Assembly (NCBI GenBank): GCA_905479415.1
Contig: CAJQMK010000002.1
Coordinates: 18,727-82,726 of the forward strand
DNA: 64,000 nucleotides
From: an uncultured Flavobacteriaceae bacterium
GTDB taxonomy: Bacteria > Bacteroidota > Bacteroidia > Flavobacteriales > Flavobacteriaceae
Reading direction: 5' to 3'
Shown here: positions 37,865 to 47,714 of the stretch, piece after piece
Layout of the letters: every line of letters begins with the position of its first letter
Position numbering within the stretch: position 1 is the stretch's first letter
Program-made: the position numbers and the translations under genes
The notes under the pieces: generated by a model
Told to the model about the DNA's origin: nothing
What the model saw: the letters and a program-made list of their open reading frames with translations, nothing else
Databases searched by the model: none

Positions 37865-39805
37865 ATGATTCAAATAAAATTTCCCGATGGAGCTATTAGA
37901 TCTTATGAATCTGGTGTAACCCCTTTTCAAATTGCATCTTCAATTAGCGAAGGACTTGCTAGAAATATAATTTCCGCAAAATTTAATGGAAAAATAATTG
38001 AAACAGTTAGTCAGTTAATTGACAATGGAGATTTAACTTTTTACACATGGAATGATTCTGAAGGCAAAAAAGCCTTCTGGCACTCATCAGCTCATTTATT
38101 AGCACAAACTTTAAAGGAATTTTATAACAATATTAAACTTACTATTGGTCCTGCAATCAATAATGGATTCTATTATGATGTAGATTTTGGAGAGCATGTA
38201 ATGTCAGAAAAAGATTTTTCTAAAATAGAAAAAAGAATGATTGAAATTGCTAGAGAAAAACACGAATTTAAACTTAGATCAATTTCAAAAAAATCTGCTC
38301 TAGAATATTACACAGATATTAACAATCAATACAAAGTAGAACTAATAAAAAACTTAGAAGACGGAGAAATAACATTTTGTGATCACGATAATTTTACTGA
38401 TTTGTGCAAGGGGGGTCATATTCCTCACACTGGATATATAAAAGCAGTAAAACTAATGAGTGTTGCAGGTGCTTATTGGAGAGCTGATCAAAACAATAAA
38501 CAACTTACCAGAGTTTATGGAATTTCTTTTCCTAAACAAAAAGAATTAACAGAGTATTTAGAACTTATTGAAGAAGCTAAAAAAAGAGATCATAGAAAAC
38601 TTGGAAAAGAATTAGAATTATTTACATTTTCAAATAAAGTTGGACAAGGTCTACCTTTATGGCTTCCTAAAGGTGCTGAACTAAGAGAAAGGTTAGAAAA
38701 CTTCTTGAAAAAAGCTCAAAAAAAGGCTGGATATAAACAAGTTATATCACCACACATAGGAAATAAAGAACTTTACATGACCTCTGGTCATTATCAGAAA
38801 TATGGAGAAAGTAGTTTTCAACCAATTACAACACCTGCAGATGGAGAAGAGTTTTTATTAAAACCTATGAATTGTCCACACCACTGTGAAATGTATAATG
38901 CAAAACAATGGAGTTATAGAGAACTTCCCGTTAGATATGCTGAGTTTGGAACAGTTTATAGATACGAACAAAGTGGTGAATTACATGGGTTAACAAGAGT
39001 TAGAGGTTTTACTCAAGATGACGCCCATATTTTTTGTACTCAAGATCAATTAAATTCTGAATTTAAAAATGTAATAAACTTGGTATTATATGTTTTTAAA
39101 TCACTTGGATTTGAAAACTTTACAGCTCAGGTTTCTTTGAGAGATAATGAAAGTAAGGATAAATATATTGGTTCTGATAATAATTGGAAAGAAGCAGAAA
39201 ATGCTATTGTAAACGCAACTAAAGAAAAAGGGTTAGATTATAAAATTGAATATGGAGAAGCTGCATTTTATGGACCAAAATTAGATTTTATGGTTAAAGA
39301 TGCTTTGGGAAGAGAGTGGCAACTAGGTACAATACAAGTTGATTATAATCTTCCTGAAAGATTTGATTTAAAATATATTGACAAAAATAATGAATCACAA
39401 AGACCTGTGATGATTCACCGAGCTCCTTTCGGAAGTTTGGAAAGATTCATAGCTATTTTAATTGAACATACGGGTGGTAATTTTCCATTATGGCTAACTG
39501 CGAATCAAGTATCTATTATACCTGTTGGAGAAAAACACAAAATATATAGCAAAAAAGTTTTAAAATTACTAGAAAATTACGAAATTCGCGCGACTGTAGA
39601 TGACAGAAACGAGACGGTTGGGAAAAAAATACGTGAATCAGAACTTAAAAAGGTTCCTTTTATGTTAATTGTTGGTGATGAAGAAGTTAAACAAAAAATA
39701 TTTCCTGTTAGAGCTCATGGCGGAAAAGACATAGGGAAAATGAATATTGATGAATTTATTCAATTTATAAAGAAGAAGACAACTGAAAATATAAAAGATT
39801 TTTAA
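37865..39805 (+). CDS. thrS: threonine--tRNA ligase
   Basis: 646 aa. TGS domain, editing domain (HSSAHLLA), class II core (HRKLGKELELF, FRYEQSGELHGLTRVRGFTQDDAHIF), anticodon-binding domain. Confidence 0.98.
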   Translation: MIQIKFPDGAIRSYESGVTPFQIASSISEGLARNIISAKFNGKIIETVSQLIDNGDLTFYTWNDSEGKKAFWHSSAHLLAQTLKEFYNNIKLTIGPAINNGFYYDVDFGEHVMSEKDFSKIEKRMIEIAREKHEFKLRSISKKSALEYYTDINNQYKVELIKNLEDGEITFCDHDNFTDLCKGGHIPHTGYIKAVKLMSVAGAYWRADQNNKQLTRVYGISFPKQKELTEYLELIEEAKKRDHRKLGKELELFTFSNKVGQGLPLWLPKGAELRERLENFLKKAQKKAGYKQVISPHIGNKELYMTSGHYQKYGESSFQPITTPADGEEFLLKPMNCPHHCEMYNAKQWSYRELPVRYAEFGTVYRYEQSGELHGLTRVRGFTQDDAHIFCTQDQLNSEFKNVINLVLYVFKSLGFENFTAQVSLRDNESKDKYIGSDNNWKEAENAIVNATKEKGLDYKIEYGEAAFYGPKLDFMVKDALGREWQLGTIQVDYNLPERFDLKYIDKNNESQRPVMIHRAPFGSLERFIAILIEHTGGNFPLWLTANQVSIIPVGEKHKIYSKKVLKLLENYEIRATVDDRNETVGKKIRESELKKVPFMLIVGDEEVKQKIFPVRAHGGKDIGKMNIDEFIQFIKKKTTENIKDF

Positions 39806-39824
39806 ATAATTTAAACTTACAGCT

Positions 39825-40376
39825 ATAGCAATTAGAAGAAAAAGAAGCAGAAGACCTGCTAGAATAATTAAAGAGAATCCTCATAAAATAAATGGATTCA
39901 TAAGAGCTAATGAAATTAGACTCGTAGGCAATAATGTTGAAGTTGGTGTATATCCACTTCAAAAGGGTATTGAGCTAGCTAATGAATTAGAATTAGATTT
40001 AGTTGAGATCTCTCCAAAAGCTTCACCACCAGTTTGTAAAATATTAGATTATAAAAAGTTTTTATACGAACAAAAGAAAAGAGATAAAGTTTTAAAAGCA
40101 AAGTCAACTAAAGTAATTGTAAAAGAAATTAGATTTGGCCCACAAACAGATGAACATGATTATCAGTTTAAAAAGAAACATGGAATTAAGTTTCTTAAAG
40201 AAGGTGCCAAATTAAAAGCTTATGTTTTTTTTAAAGGAAGATCGATAATTTTTAAAGAACAAGGACAAATATTATTATTAAAACTTGCTCAAGAATTAGA
40301 AGAATATGGAAAAGTTGAGTCTTTACCAACAATGGAAGGAAAAAAAATGATTATGTTTGTTGCCCCAAAGAAATAA
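39825..40376 (+). CDS. infC: translation initiation factor IF-3 (non-AUG start)
   Basis: Absent from the ORF track. My translation reads (ATA)[84 protein letters not shown]...[17 protein letters not shown]...[12 protein letters not shown]. It is collinear with E. coli IF3. The frame is open only from 39810, and the only plausible starts are ATA 39825 or ATT 39831. Confidence 0.93.
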   Translation: MAIRRKRSRRPARIIKENPHKINGFIRANEIRLVGNNVEVGVYPLQKGIELANELELDLVEISPKASPPVCKILDYKKFLYEQKKRDKVLKAKSTKVIVKEIRFGPQTDEHDYQFKKKHGIKFLKEGAKLKAYVFFKGRSIIFKEQGQILLLKLAQELEEYGKVESLPTMEGKKMIMFVAPKK

Positions 40377-40390
40377 ATAATATAGAAGTT

Positions 40391-40588
40391 ATGCCTAAAA
40401 TGAAAACAAAATCTAGTGCTAAGAAAAGATTCAAAGTTACTGGAACAGGTAAAATTAAAAGAAAGCACGCTTTCAAAAGTCACATTTTAACAAAGAAGTC
40501 TAAGAAAAGAAAGCTTAAGTTAACACATTCTGGGCTCGTAAGTGACAGCGATAGTGATAACATTAAACAACAATTACGTTTGAAATAA
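40391..40588 (+). CDS. rpmI: 50S ribosomal protein L35
   Basis: 65 aa. [24 protein letters not shown] is the canonical L35 N-terminus. Confidence 0.95.
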   Translation: MPKMKTKSSAKKRFKVTGTGKIKRKHAFKSHILTKKSKKRKLKLTHSGLVSDSDSDNIKQQLRLK

Positions 40589-40668
40589 AACGGTTTATAA
40601 AATAAGTATAACCAGGAAAAAGGTATAAAGATCATAATTATGACACCTAATCCAAAAAAATAAATAAA

Positions 40669-41013
40669 ATGCCAAGATCAGTAAATTCAGTTGCCTCAAG
40701 ACAAAGAAGAAAAAAAATTCTTAAACAAGCTAAAGGATATTTCGGAAGAAGAAAAAACGTTTGGACCGTAGCTAAAAATGCTGTTGAAAAAGGTCTTACC
40801 TATGCTTACAGAGATAGAAAAAACAAGAAAAGAACATTCAGAGCCCTCTGGATCACTAGAATAAATGCTGGAGCAAGATTACACGGATTATCTTATTCTG
40901 AATTAATGGGTAAATTAAAAGCTAATAATATTGATATTAATAGAAAAGTTTTAGCTGATTTAGCAATGAATAATCCTCAAGCTTTTACTGAAATTGTTAA
41001 TAAAGTAAAATAA
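40669..41013 (+). CDS. rplT: 50S ribosomal protein L20
   Basis: 114 aa. [30 protein letters not shown], then [10 protein letters not shown]. Confidence 0.97.
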   Translation: MPRSVNSVASRQRRKKILKQAKGYFGRRKNVWTVAKNAVEKGLTYAYRDRKNKKRTFRALWITRINAGARLHGLSYSELMGKLKANNIDINRKVLADLAMNNPQAFTEIVNKVK

Positions 41014-41019
41014 GGGTAT

Positions 41020-42537
41020 TTAAAAAGGCATGTCCTCATTATCGTCTCTGTATCCACCACTTTCAAAAGCTTGATCTGGATTAACTTTCAAACTATCCTT
41101 GTTTATTTTTGATTGGTATTCAAATGGAGTTTCAAAATTATCTAAGTTTTCAAATTTTCCTAAATTAGAAACAAACTTTAGTTTAATATTATTCAACCCT
41201 CCATTCCTGTGTTTTGCAACTATAAATTCAGCTTGTCCTGCAGAGGGAGTTCGTTCTTCATCGTCCCATTCGTCAATTTTATAATATTCAGGTCTATATA
41301 TAAAAGATACAATATCAGCATCTTGTTCAATAGCACCAGATTCTCTTAAATCTGAAAGTATAGGTCTTTTACTACCCCCTCTTGTTTCAACTGCCCTTGA
41401 TAACTGAGATAAAGCAATAACCGGAACATCAAGTTCCTTAGCTAAAGCTTTTAAGTTTCTAGAAATAGTTGATATTTCTTGTTCACGGTTACCATTTTTG
41501 TTTGAACCTCCAGCAGTCATTAATTGAAGATAATCAATTACGATAAGTTTAATTCCGTGTTGGGAAGACAACCTTCTAGCTTTAGCTCTTAGATCAAAAA
41601 TAGACAATGAGGGTGTATCATCAATAAATAGTGGAGCATTCTCAAGAGCAGATACTTTTACGTTTAATTGCTCCCATTCAAATTTTTCTAAATTACCAGT
41701 TCTTAATTTTTCAGAAGACAATCCTGTTTCTGAGGAAATAAGTCTTGTAATTAACTGTATCGAAGACATTTCAAGAGAGAAAAAAGCTATTGGAATATTT
41801 TGAGCTACAGCAATATTTCTAGCCATAGATAGTGTTAAAGCAGTTTTACCCATACCAGGTCGAGCTGCAATAATTACTAAATCACTTGGTTGCCATCCAG
41901 AGGTTAATTTATCAAGATCAGAAAAACCTGAAGGAATTCCGCTAAGACCATCTTTATTTGATATTTCTTCGATTTTTTTCTTTGCTTGTATCACTAAGCT
42001 TTGAGCAGTTTCGGTAGATTTTTTAATGTTTCCTTGAGTAACATCATACAATTTAGATTCTGCTTTATCTAATAAATTAAAGACATCTTTAGTTTCGTCA
42101 TAAGATTCTTCTATAATTTCAGTTGAAATTCTAATTAAACTTCTTTGTATATATTTTTGTAAAATAATTCTGGCATGATATTCAATATGGGCAGATGATG
42201 AAACTTTTTGCGTAAGTTGAACTAAATAGTAATCCCCTCCAGCTTTTTCTAATTTTCCATCAGACTTAAGTTTTGTTGAAACGGTTAATAAATCTATTGG
42301 TTCAGTGTTTTCAAACAGCTTTACTATACTTTGAAATATATATTGATGAGATTCTTTATAAAAAGCTTCAGAATGTAAAATGTCTATAACTGCATCTACA
42401 CCCTTCTTATCTATCATCATAGCACCCAAAACAACTTCTTCTAAATCTAAGGCTTGAGGAGGTAGTTTTCCTTTTTCAAAGGGAACTACCTGAGGAGTTT
42501 TAAAAGATCTATCAAAATTTGGTTTGACTTTTTCCAT
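41020..42537 (-). CDS. dnaB: replicative DNA helicase DnaB
   Basis: 505 aa. N-terminal DnaB domain (PQALDLEEVVLGAMM), Walker A AARPGMGKTA, Walker B VIDYLQLM, arginine-finger region. Confidence 0.97.
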   Translation of the reverse strand: MEKVKPNFDRSFKTPQVVPFEKGKLPPQALDLEEVVLGAMMIDKKGVDAVIDILHSEAFYKESHQYIFQSIVKLFENTEPIDLLTVSTKLKSDGKLEKAGGDYYLVQLTQKVSSSAHIEYHARIILQKYIQRSLIRISTEIIEESYDETKDVFNLLDKAESKLYDVTQGNIKKSTETAQSLVIQAKKKIEEISNKDGLSGIPSGFSDLDKLTSGWQPSDLVIIAARPGMGKTALTLSMARNIAVAQNIPIAFFSLEMSSIQLITRLISSETGLSSEKLRTGNLEKFEWEQLNVKVSALENAPLFIDDTPSLSIFDLRAKARRLSSQHGIKLIVIDYLQLMTAGGSNKNGNREQEISTISRNLKALAKELDVPVIALSQLSRAVETRGGSKRPILSDLRESGAIEQDADIVSFIYRPEYYKIDEWDDEERTPSAGQAEFIVAKHRNGGLNNIKLKFVSNLGKFENLDNFETPFEYQSKINKDSLKVNPDQAFESGGYRDDNEDMPF

Positions 42538-42589
42538 ACATCTAACTTAGAAAAAGTTAAATAGATTTAACTATAAAAGAGAATTATAA

Positions 42590-42607
42590 AACAAACAAGA
42601 GTTTGTT
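42590..42607 (-). terminator. weak hairpin downstream of accA (possible intrinsic terminator)
   Basis: AACAAAC-AAGA-GTTTGTT forms a 7-bp stem with a 4-nt loop. On the minus strand it is followed by TTATAATTCTCTTTT. The stem is AT-rich, so support is limited. Confidence 0.25.
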
Positions 42608-42642
42608 AATAAATCAAATTATTTGTTAATATCAAGAAGTTT

Positions 42643-43596
42643 TTATTCGTCAAACACACCCATCGAAGTAAACTTATCCATTCTATCATTAATAAGGTCT
42701 TCCATATTTTTTTGAGACAATAAATTAAATGAATTGATAATAGCCTTTTTAACAGATTTAAAAATCTTTTCTCTATCATTATGAGCTCCTCCTAGAGGTT
42801 CAGAAATAATTTTATCAATTAACTTATACTTTTTCATATCGTTAGGTGTTAATTTTAAAGCTTCAGCAGCTTTCTCTTTATAATCCCAACTTCTCCAAAG
42901 AATTGATGAACAAGATTCAGGAGATATAACAGAGTACCAGGTGTTTTCTAGCATCATTACATGATCTCCTATTGCAATACCCAAAGCTCCACCAGAAGCA
43001 CCCTCACCTATTACAATTGAAATAATTTGAGTTCTAATATTAAACATTTCAAAAATATTTCGTGCTATGGCTTCTCCTTGCCCCCTTTCTTCAGCTTCTA
43101 ATCCAGGAAAAGCACCAGGTGTGTCAATTAAAGTAACAATAGGGATATTAAATTTCTCTGCAGACTTCATAAGTCTTAATGCTTTTCTGTACCCTTCAGG
43201 GTTAGCCATACCAAAATTACGATATTGACGTGTTTTTGTATTATATCCCTTTTGCTGACCGATAAACAGAAATGATTGATCATTAATTTTTCCGAATCCA
43301 CCAATCATGGCTTTATCATCACCTATATTCCTGTCGCCATGCAATTCTAAAAATGATCCGTTTGTTAAAGCTTGAATATAATCTAATGTATATGGTCTAG
43401 AGGGATGTCTAGAAAGTTGTACTCTTTGCCATGGGCTAATGTTATTATAAATATCACGTTTGGTAATATCAATTTTTGTTAACAATTTTTCGCAAGTCTC
43501 AGAAACATCTATCTCAGATTTATCACCAATTAATTTGCATTCAGCTAGCTGGTCCTCTAATTCTTTTAAAGGAGATTCAAAGTCTAAATATTCCAT
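42643..43596 (-). CDS. accA: acetyl-CoA carboxylase carboxyltransferase subunit alpha
   Basis: 317 aa. [43 protein letters not shown]. Confidence 0.95.
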   Translation of the reverse strand: MEYLDFESPLKELEDQLAECKLIGDKSEIDVSETCEKLLTKIDITKRDIYNNISPWQRVQLSRHPSRPYTLDYIQALTNGSFLELHGDRNIGDDKAMIGGFGKINDQSFLFIGQQKGYNTKTRQYRNFGMANPEGYRKALRLMKSAEKFNIPIVTLIDTPGAFPGLEAEERGQGEAIARNIFEMFNIRTQIISIVIGEGASGGALGIAIGDHVMMLENTWYSVISPESCSSILWRSWDYKEKAAEALKLTPNDMKKYKLIDKIISEPLGGAHNDREKIFKSVKKAIINSFNLLSQKNMEDLINDRMDKFTSMGVFDE

Positions 43597-43635
43597 ACAA
43601 TTAAAATATTTTTCAAATATATAAATAAAAAAAAA

Positions 43636-44520
43636 TTAAATAATTTTATTTTTACGAAGCTTTATAATTCCATTTAAAATAACAGATATAAAAATTATAA
43701 TAAAGCCAATATAAAATTCTATAGAAAGCTGACTGTTTTCATTTAGAATAATTATTGCTAAAATAATACCATAAACTGGCTCCATGTTGATGGATATCAT
43801 TAATGAATAAGGAGATAAATGTTTTAAAACTTCAACAGAGATGACAAAAGCATAAGCTGTACATACTGATCCTAATAACAATAGCCAGAACCAGTCAGAA
43901 CTAGAAAGTTTAAAAAACTCAGTATTAAAATCACCAAGAAAAATTAAGATCAAAGTTATTAATATGACTCCACCTAAAAGTTCATAGATTGTTATTACCA
44001 AAGAACTAGACTCTTTAATAAGCTTTCCATTAAGTAATCCAAAAACCACACTAAGAAAAACTGAAATTAAGGCATAAAAGATACCTTCAATATAATAATA
44101 TTGAGATTTAAAGATTAAAGAAGTACCAATAACAACAAAAATTCCTAAAAAAATTTCATATGGGATTATTTTTCGTTTATAAAATAAAGGTTCCAAAAAT
44201 GAAGTTAAAAATGCCCCTAATGAAAGCACACTAAGGGTAATTGAGACATTAGAAACTTTAATCGCTTGAAAAAAAGTAATCCAATGTAAAGAAATTAATA
44301 CTCCGCAAAAAAGCAATTTAATTAGAATCTTATTAGAAACTTTTATGTTTATTTTAAAAATTATTGCAAAAAGTATTAAAATAACAAAAGCAATTAACAT
44401 TCTATACCAAACTAAACTTAAAGAGCTTACAGATATTAATGAACCTAGTATTGCAGTAAATCCAAAAATGAAAACTATAAAATGGAAATGTAAAAAACTA
44501 TTAAGTTTATTTTTTTGCAT
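43636..44520 (-). CDS. EamA/DMT family transporter
   Basis: 294 aa with 10 hydrophobic spans arranged as two EamA-like halves. Confidence 0.78.
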   Translation of the reverse strand: MQKNKLNSFLHFHFIVFIFGFTAILGSLISVSSLSLVWYRMLIAFVILILFAIIFKINIKVSNKILIKLLFCGVLISLHWITFFQAIKVSNVSITLSVLSLGAFLTSFLEPLFYKRKIIPYEIFLGIFVVIGTSLIFKSQYYYIEGIFYALISVFLSVVFGLLNGKLIKESSSLVITIYELLGGVILITLILIFLGDFNTEFFKLSSSDWFWLLLLGSVCTAYAFVISVEVLKHLSPYSLMISINMEPVYGIILAIIILNENSQLSIEFYIGFIIIFISVILNGIIKLRKNKII

Positions 44521-45583
44521 TTTTCAAAAAATAAATAGCTAATAATAAAAAAGCAAAATTTGGTATCCATGCACCTAAAAAAGGAGATAAATTTGATTTA
44601 CTTACCATCACTGCAAAAAACTTATCAAAAAAAACAAATGTAAAAGCAGTAATGATACCAAATGCTAAATTAATTCCCATTCCTTCCCTTCTTTTGAATG
44701 ATGAAACAGAGACAGCAAGCAATGTTAATACAAATGTAGAAAAAGGTATACTCCATCTTTTATGTCTAACTAATAAATGATTATTTATTAATGGAGATCC
44801 ACTTTCAATTTCTTTATCAATAAAATCATTAAGCTGAAAAAAATTTTGTGTTTCTGCCATATAATTTAGACTAGAAAGTTCATCGATTTTAAAAGAAAAT
44901 ATTGTGTCTTTAATTCTTTTAGATTCAATTAACTGACTGTCGTTCTTGAAAGTTCTTTTAAAATAATCGTTCAAACGATATATACTATCTTCTGAAACCC
45001 ATCTGATGTTTCGGGCAGTTATTTTATAACTTAAAGAATTATCGATAAATTTTTCATAAGAAAAATCATAAGCCATTTCTCTTGTAGGATTATAACTACT
45101 CACATAAATAAAATCGTTTTCATTAACCTGTTTGTAAATCTTAGAAGTTTCTCTTGATTTTTTATTTTTTTTCAAATATTTATATTGAAATTCATTATAT
45201 TTTTTATTCTTTTCTGGAACTATAAACATGCCTGAAAAAAGGGCAAAAACAGCTATAATTGAAGCTGCAATCATAAATGGCTTTAAATATCTATTAAAAG
45301 AAATACCTGAACTTAGAATGGCAATAACTTCTGAATTATTGGCTATTTTTGATGTAAACCATATTACAGCTAAAAAAACAAAAATTGGATAAAGAGTATT
45401 TCCGAAATACCAAACAAAATTTAAATAATAATCTACAATTTCATTAAACGGCACGTCGAATTCTTTTAATTTATCTATTTTTTCAGATAAATCAACTAAT
45501 ATTCCAATTGGAATAAATAATAATAACATTGCAGTAAATGTTATCAAATATTTTTTAATTATATAGTTATCTAAAATTTTCAA
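44507..45583 (-). CDS. LptF/LptG family LPS export permease
   Basis: 358 aa. N-terminal ILDNYIIKKYL (YjgP/YjgQ signature), 3 TM plus a periplasmic beta-jellyroll region plus 3 TM. Confidence 0.8.
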   Translation of the reverse strand: MKILDNYIIKKYLITFTAMLLLFIPIGILVDLSEKIDKLKEFDVPFNEIVDYYLNFVWYFGNTLYPIFVFLAVIWFTSKIANNSEVIAILSSGISFNRYLKPFMIAASIIAVFALFSGMFIVPEKNKKYNEFQYKYLKKNKKSRETSKIYKQVNENDFIYVSSYNPTREMAYDFSYEKFIDNSLSYKITARNIRWVSEDSIYRLNDYFKRTFKNDSQLIESKRIKDTIFSFKIDELSSLNYMAETQNFFQLNDFIDKEIESGSPLINNHLLVRHKRWSIPFSTFVLTLLAVSVSSFKRREGMGINLAFGIITAFTFVFFDKFFAVMVSKSNLSPFLGAWIPNFAFLLLAIYFLKNAKK

Positions 45584-45587
45584 AAAA

Positions 45588-46718
45588 TTATAATTTATTA
45601 TCCATTTGTCTAACCATTAGTTTTTTCCAAGTTAAAAAAGTACCATTTAAAATTTGATTTCTAGCTTCTCTGACCAGCCATAAATAGAAGGCTAAGTTAT
45701 GAATTGTTGCAATTTGTCTTCCTACAGCCTCTTTTACAGTAAATAAGTGTCTTAAATATGCTTTTGAATAGTACGTGTCAACATATGAATAATTATCATT
45801 ATCCAAAGGACTGAAATCATTTTCCCATTTTTTATTTTTAATATTAATTCTTCCCTGAGCTGTAAATAGCATACCATTTCTTGCATTTCTTGTTGGCATT
45901 ACACAATCAAACATATCTACACCAAGTGCAATATTTTCTAATAAATTAATAGGAGTACCCACTCCCATTAAATATCTAGGTTTTTCTTCAGGAAGTACAT
46001 TACATACAACTTCAGTCATAGCATACATTTCTTCAGCAGGTTCACCAACAGATAAACCTCCAATAGCATTTCCAAAAGAATTGGTTTCAGATATAAATTC
46101 TGCAGATTGTAATCTTAAATCTTTATATACACTACCCTGCACAATAGGAAACAAAGTTTGAGAATAGCCATGTTTTGGATCGGTTTTCTTAAACTCATTG
46201 ATGCATCTAATCAACCATCTATGTGTCATATGCATAGATTTTTTAGCATAATTATATTCACATGGATAAGGAGTGCATTCATCAAAGGCCATTATTATAT
46301 CGGCTCCAATTGATTTCTGAATGTTTATTGCTCTTTCAGGTGTGAAAAAATGAAAAGAGCCATCAATATGAGATTTAAACTTAACCCCTTCTTCATTAAT
46401 TTTTCTATTTGCAGATAAAGAATAAACTTGATATCCTCCACTGTCTGTAAGAATTGGAGATTTCCAATTCATAAACTTATGGATTCCTCCTGCTTCTGAA
46501 ATAATTTCAGGTCCTGGTCTTAAATATAAATGATAATTATTTGCTAAAATTACATCAGGATTAATTTCATTTTTTAAAACCATTTGATCTACTCCTTTAA
46601 CAGAAGCAGCTGTACCAACGGGCATAAAAATTGGAGTTTGTATAACTCCATGATCAGTTTCAATTTTACAAGCTCGAGCTTTAGTTTCAGAATCCTTATG
46701 TTCTAATTTAAATTTCAT
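45588..46718 (-). CDS. tgt: tRNA-guanine transglycosylase (queuine insertion)
   Basis: ATG at 46718 gives MKFKLEHKDSETKARA...TPIFMPVGT. LTDSGGYQV, GGLSVGEP, and zinc site DCVMPTR..HN. The track start at 46733 is a TTG. Confidence 0.95.
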   Translation of the reverse strand: MKFKLEHKDSETKARACKIETDHGVIQTPIFMPVGTAASVKGVDQMVLKNEINPDVILANNYHLYLRPGPEIISEAGGIHKFMNWKSPILTDSGGYQVYSLSANRKINEEGVKFKSHIDGSFHFFTPERAINIQKSIGADIIMAFDECTPYPCEYNYAKKSMHMTHRWLIRCINEFKKTDPKHGYSQTLFPIVQGSVYKDLRLQSAEFISETNSFGNAIGGLSVGEPAEEMYAMTEVVCNVLPEEKPRYLMGVGTPINLLENIALGVDMFDCVMPTRNARNGMLFTAQGRINIKNKKWENDFSPLDNDNYSYVDTYYSKAYLRHLFTVKEAVGRQIATIHNLAFYLWLVREARNQILNGTFLTWKKLMVRQMDNKL

Positions 46719-46857
46719 ATAACAAAAGACCAAATATAATCATCTATAGTTATTAAAATTATCTATTTACAATTGTTAATTAATTATGTATTTAATTATC
46801 AAAATAAGTTTGCTATGGATGTCTATATAATTAAATTTATAATTATATAAATAATCT

Positions 46858-47697
46858 ATGCAAAACAATTTAAATGAGTTAACTACTCAAGTAAGAAGAG
46901 ACATTCTTAGAATGGTTCATAAAGTTAATTCTGGACATCCTGGAGGATCTTTAGGATGTGCTGAATTTTTAGTTGTGCTTTACAATGAAATCATGATTAG
47001 AAAAGAAGATTTTGATATGGATGGAATTAATGAAGATATATTTTTCTTGTCTAATGGTCATATTTCGCCTGTTTTTTACAGTGTTTTAGCTAGAACTGGA
47101 TATTTTCCCGTTGAAGAATTAAATACATTTAGATTACTGGATTCTAGATTACAAGGCCATCCTACAACTCATGAAGGTCTACCAGGCATTAGAATTGCTT
47201 CCGGATCTCTTGGTCAAGGATTATCAGTTGCTATTGGAGCTGCTGAAGCCAAAAAACTAAACAACGATTCAAATTTAGTTTATGTACTTATGGGTGATGG
47301 GGAATTACAAGAAGGCCAAAATTGGGAAGCAATTATGTATGCTTCAGCTAAGAAAATTGATAATCTGATTGCTACTGTTGATTTGAACGGAAAACAAATT
47401 GACGGAGCAACTGATGATGTACTTCCAATGGGAAGTATCAAAGAAAAATTTGAAGCTTTTGGATGGGATGTGTTAGAAATTAAAAAAGGGAATAATATTG
47501 AAGATATTTCAAAAGGATTGTTAACTGCGAAATCACTTTGCGGTAATGAAAAACCTATTTGTATATTACTTAATACAATGATGGGTAATGGTGTGGATTT
47601 TATGATGCATACTCACGCATGGCATGGAAAAGCACCAAATGATGAACAACTGGCTTCTGCCCTTTCTCAAAACAAAGAAACTTTTGGAGATTATTAA
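46858..47697 (+). CDS. transketolase, N-terminal (TPP-binding) subunit
   Basis: 279 aa. SGHPGGSLG, GSLGQGLS, TPP-Mg motif GDGELQEGQNWEA. Confidence 0.9.
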   Translation: MQNNLNELTTQVRRDILRMVHKVNSGHPGGSLGCAEFLVVLYNEIMIRKEDFDMDGINEDIFFLSNGHISPVFYSVLARTGYFPVEELNTFRLLDSRLQGHPTTHEGLPGIRIASGSLGQGLSVAIGAAEAKKLNNDSNLVYVLMGDGELQEGQNWEAIMYASAKKIDNLIATVDLNGKQIDGATDDVLPMGSIKEKFEAFGWDVLEIKKGNNIEDISKGLLTAKSLCGNEKPICILLNTMMGNGVDFMMHTHAWHGKAPNDEQLASALSQNKETFGDY

Positions 47698-47714
47698 TTA
47701 AAAACCACTTAACA

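Noticed and set aside
39765-40483. Two minus-strand ORFs (39765-39962 and 40289-40483) in the apparent gap after thrS.
   Set aside because: The region encodes infC on the plus strand with a non-AUG start. The minus-strand ORFs have no motifs and lie antisense to a highly conserved protein.
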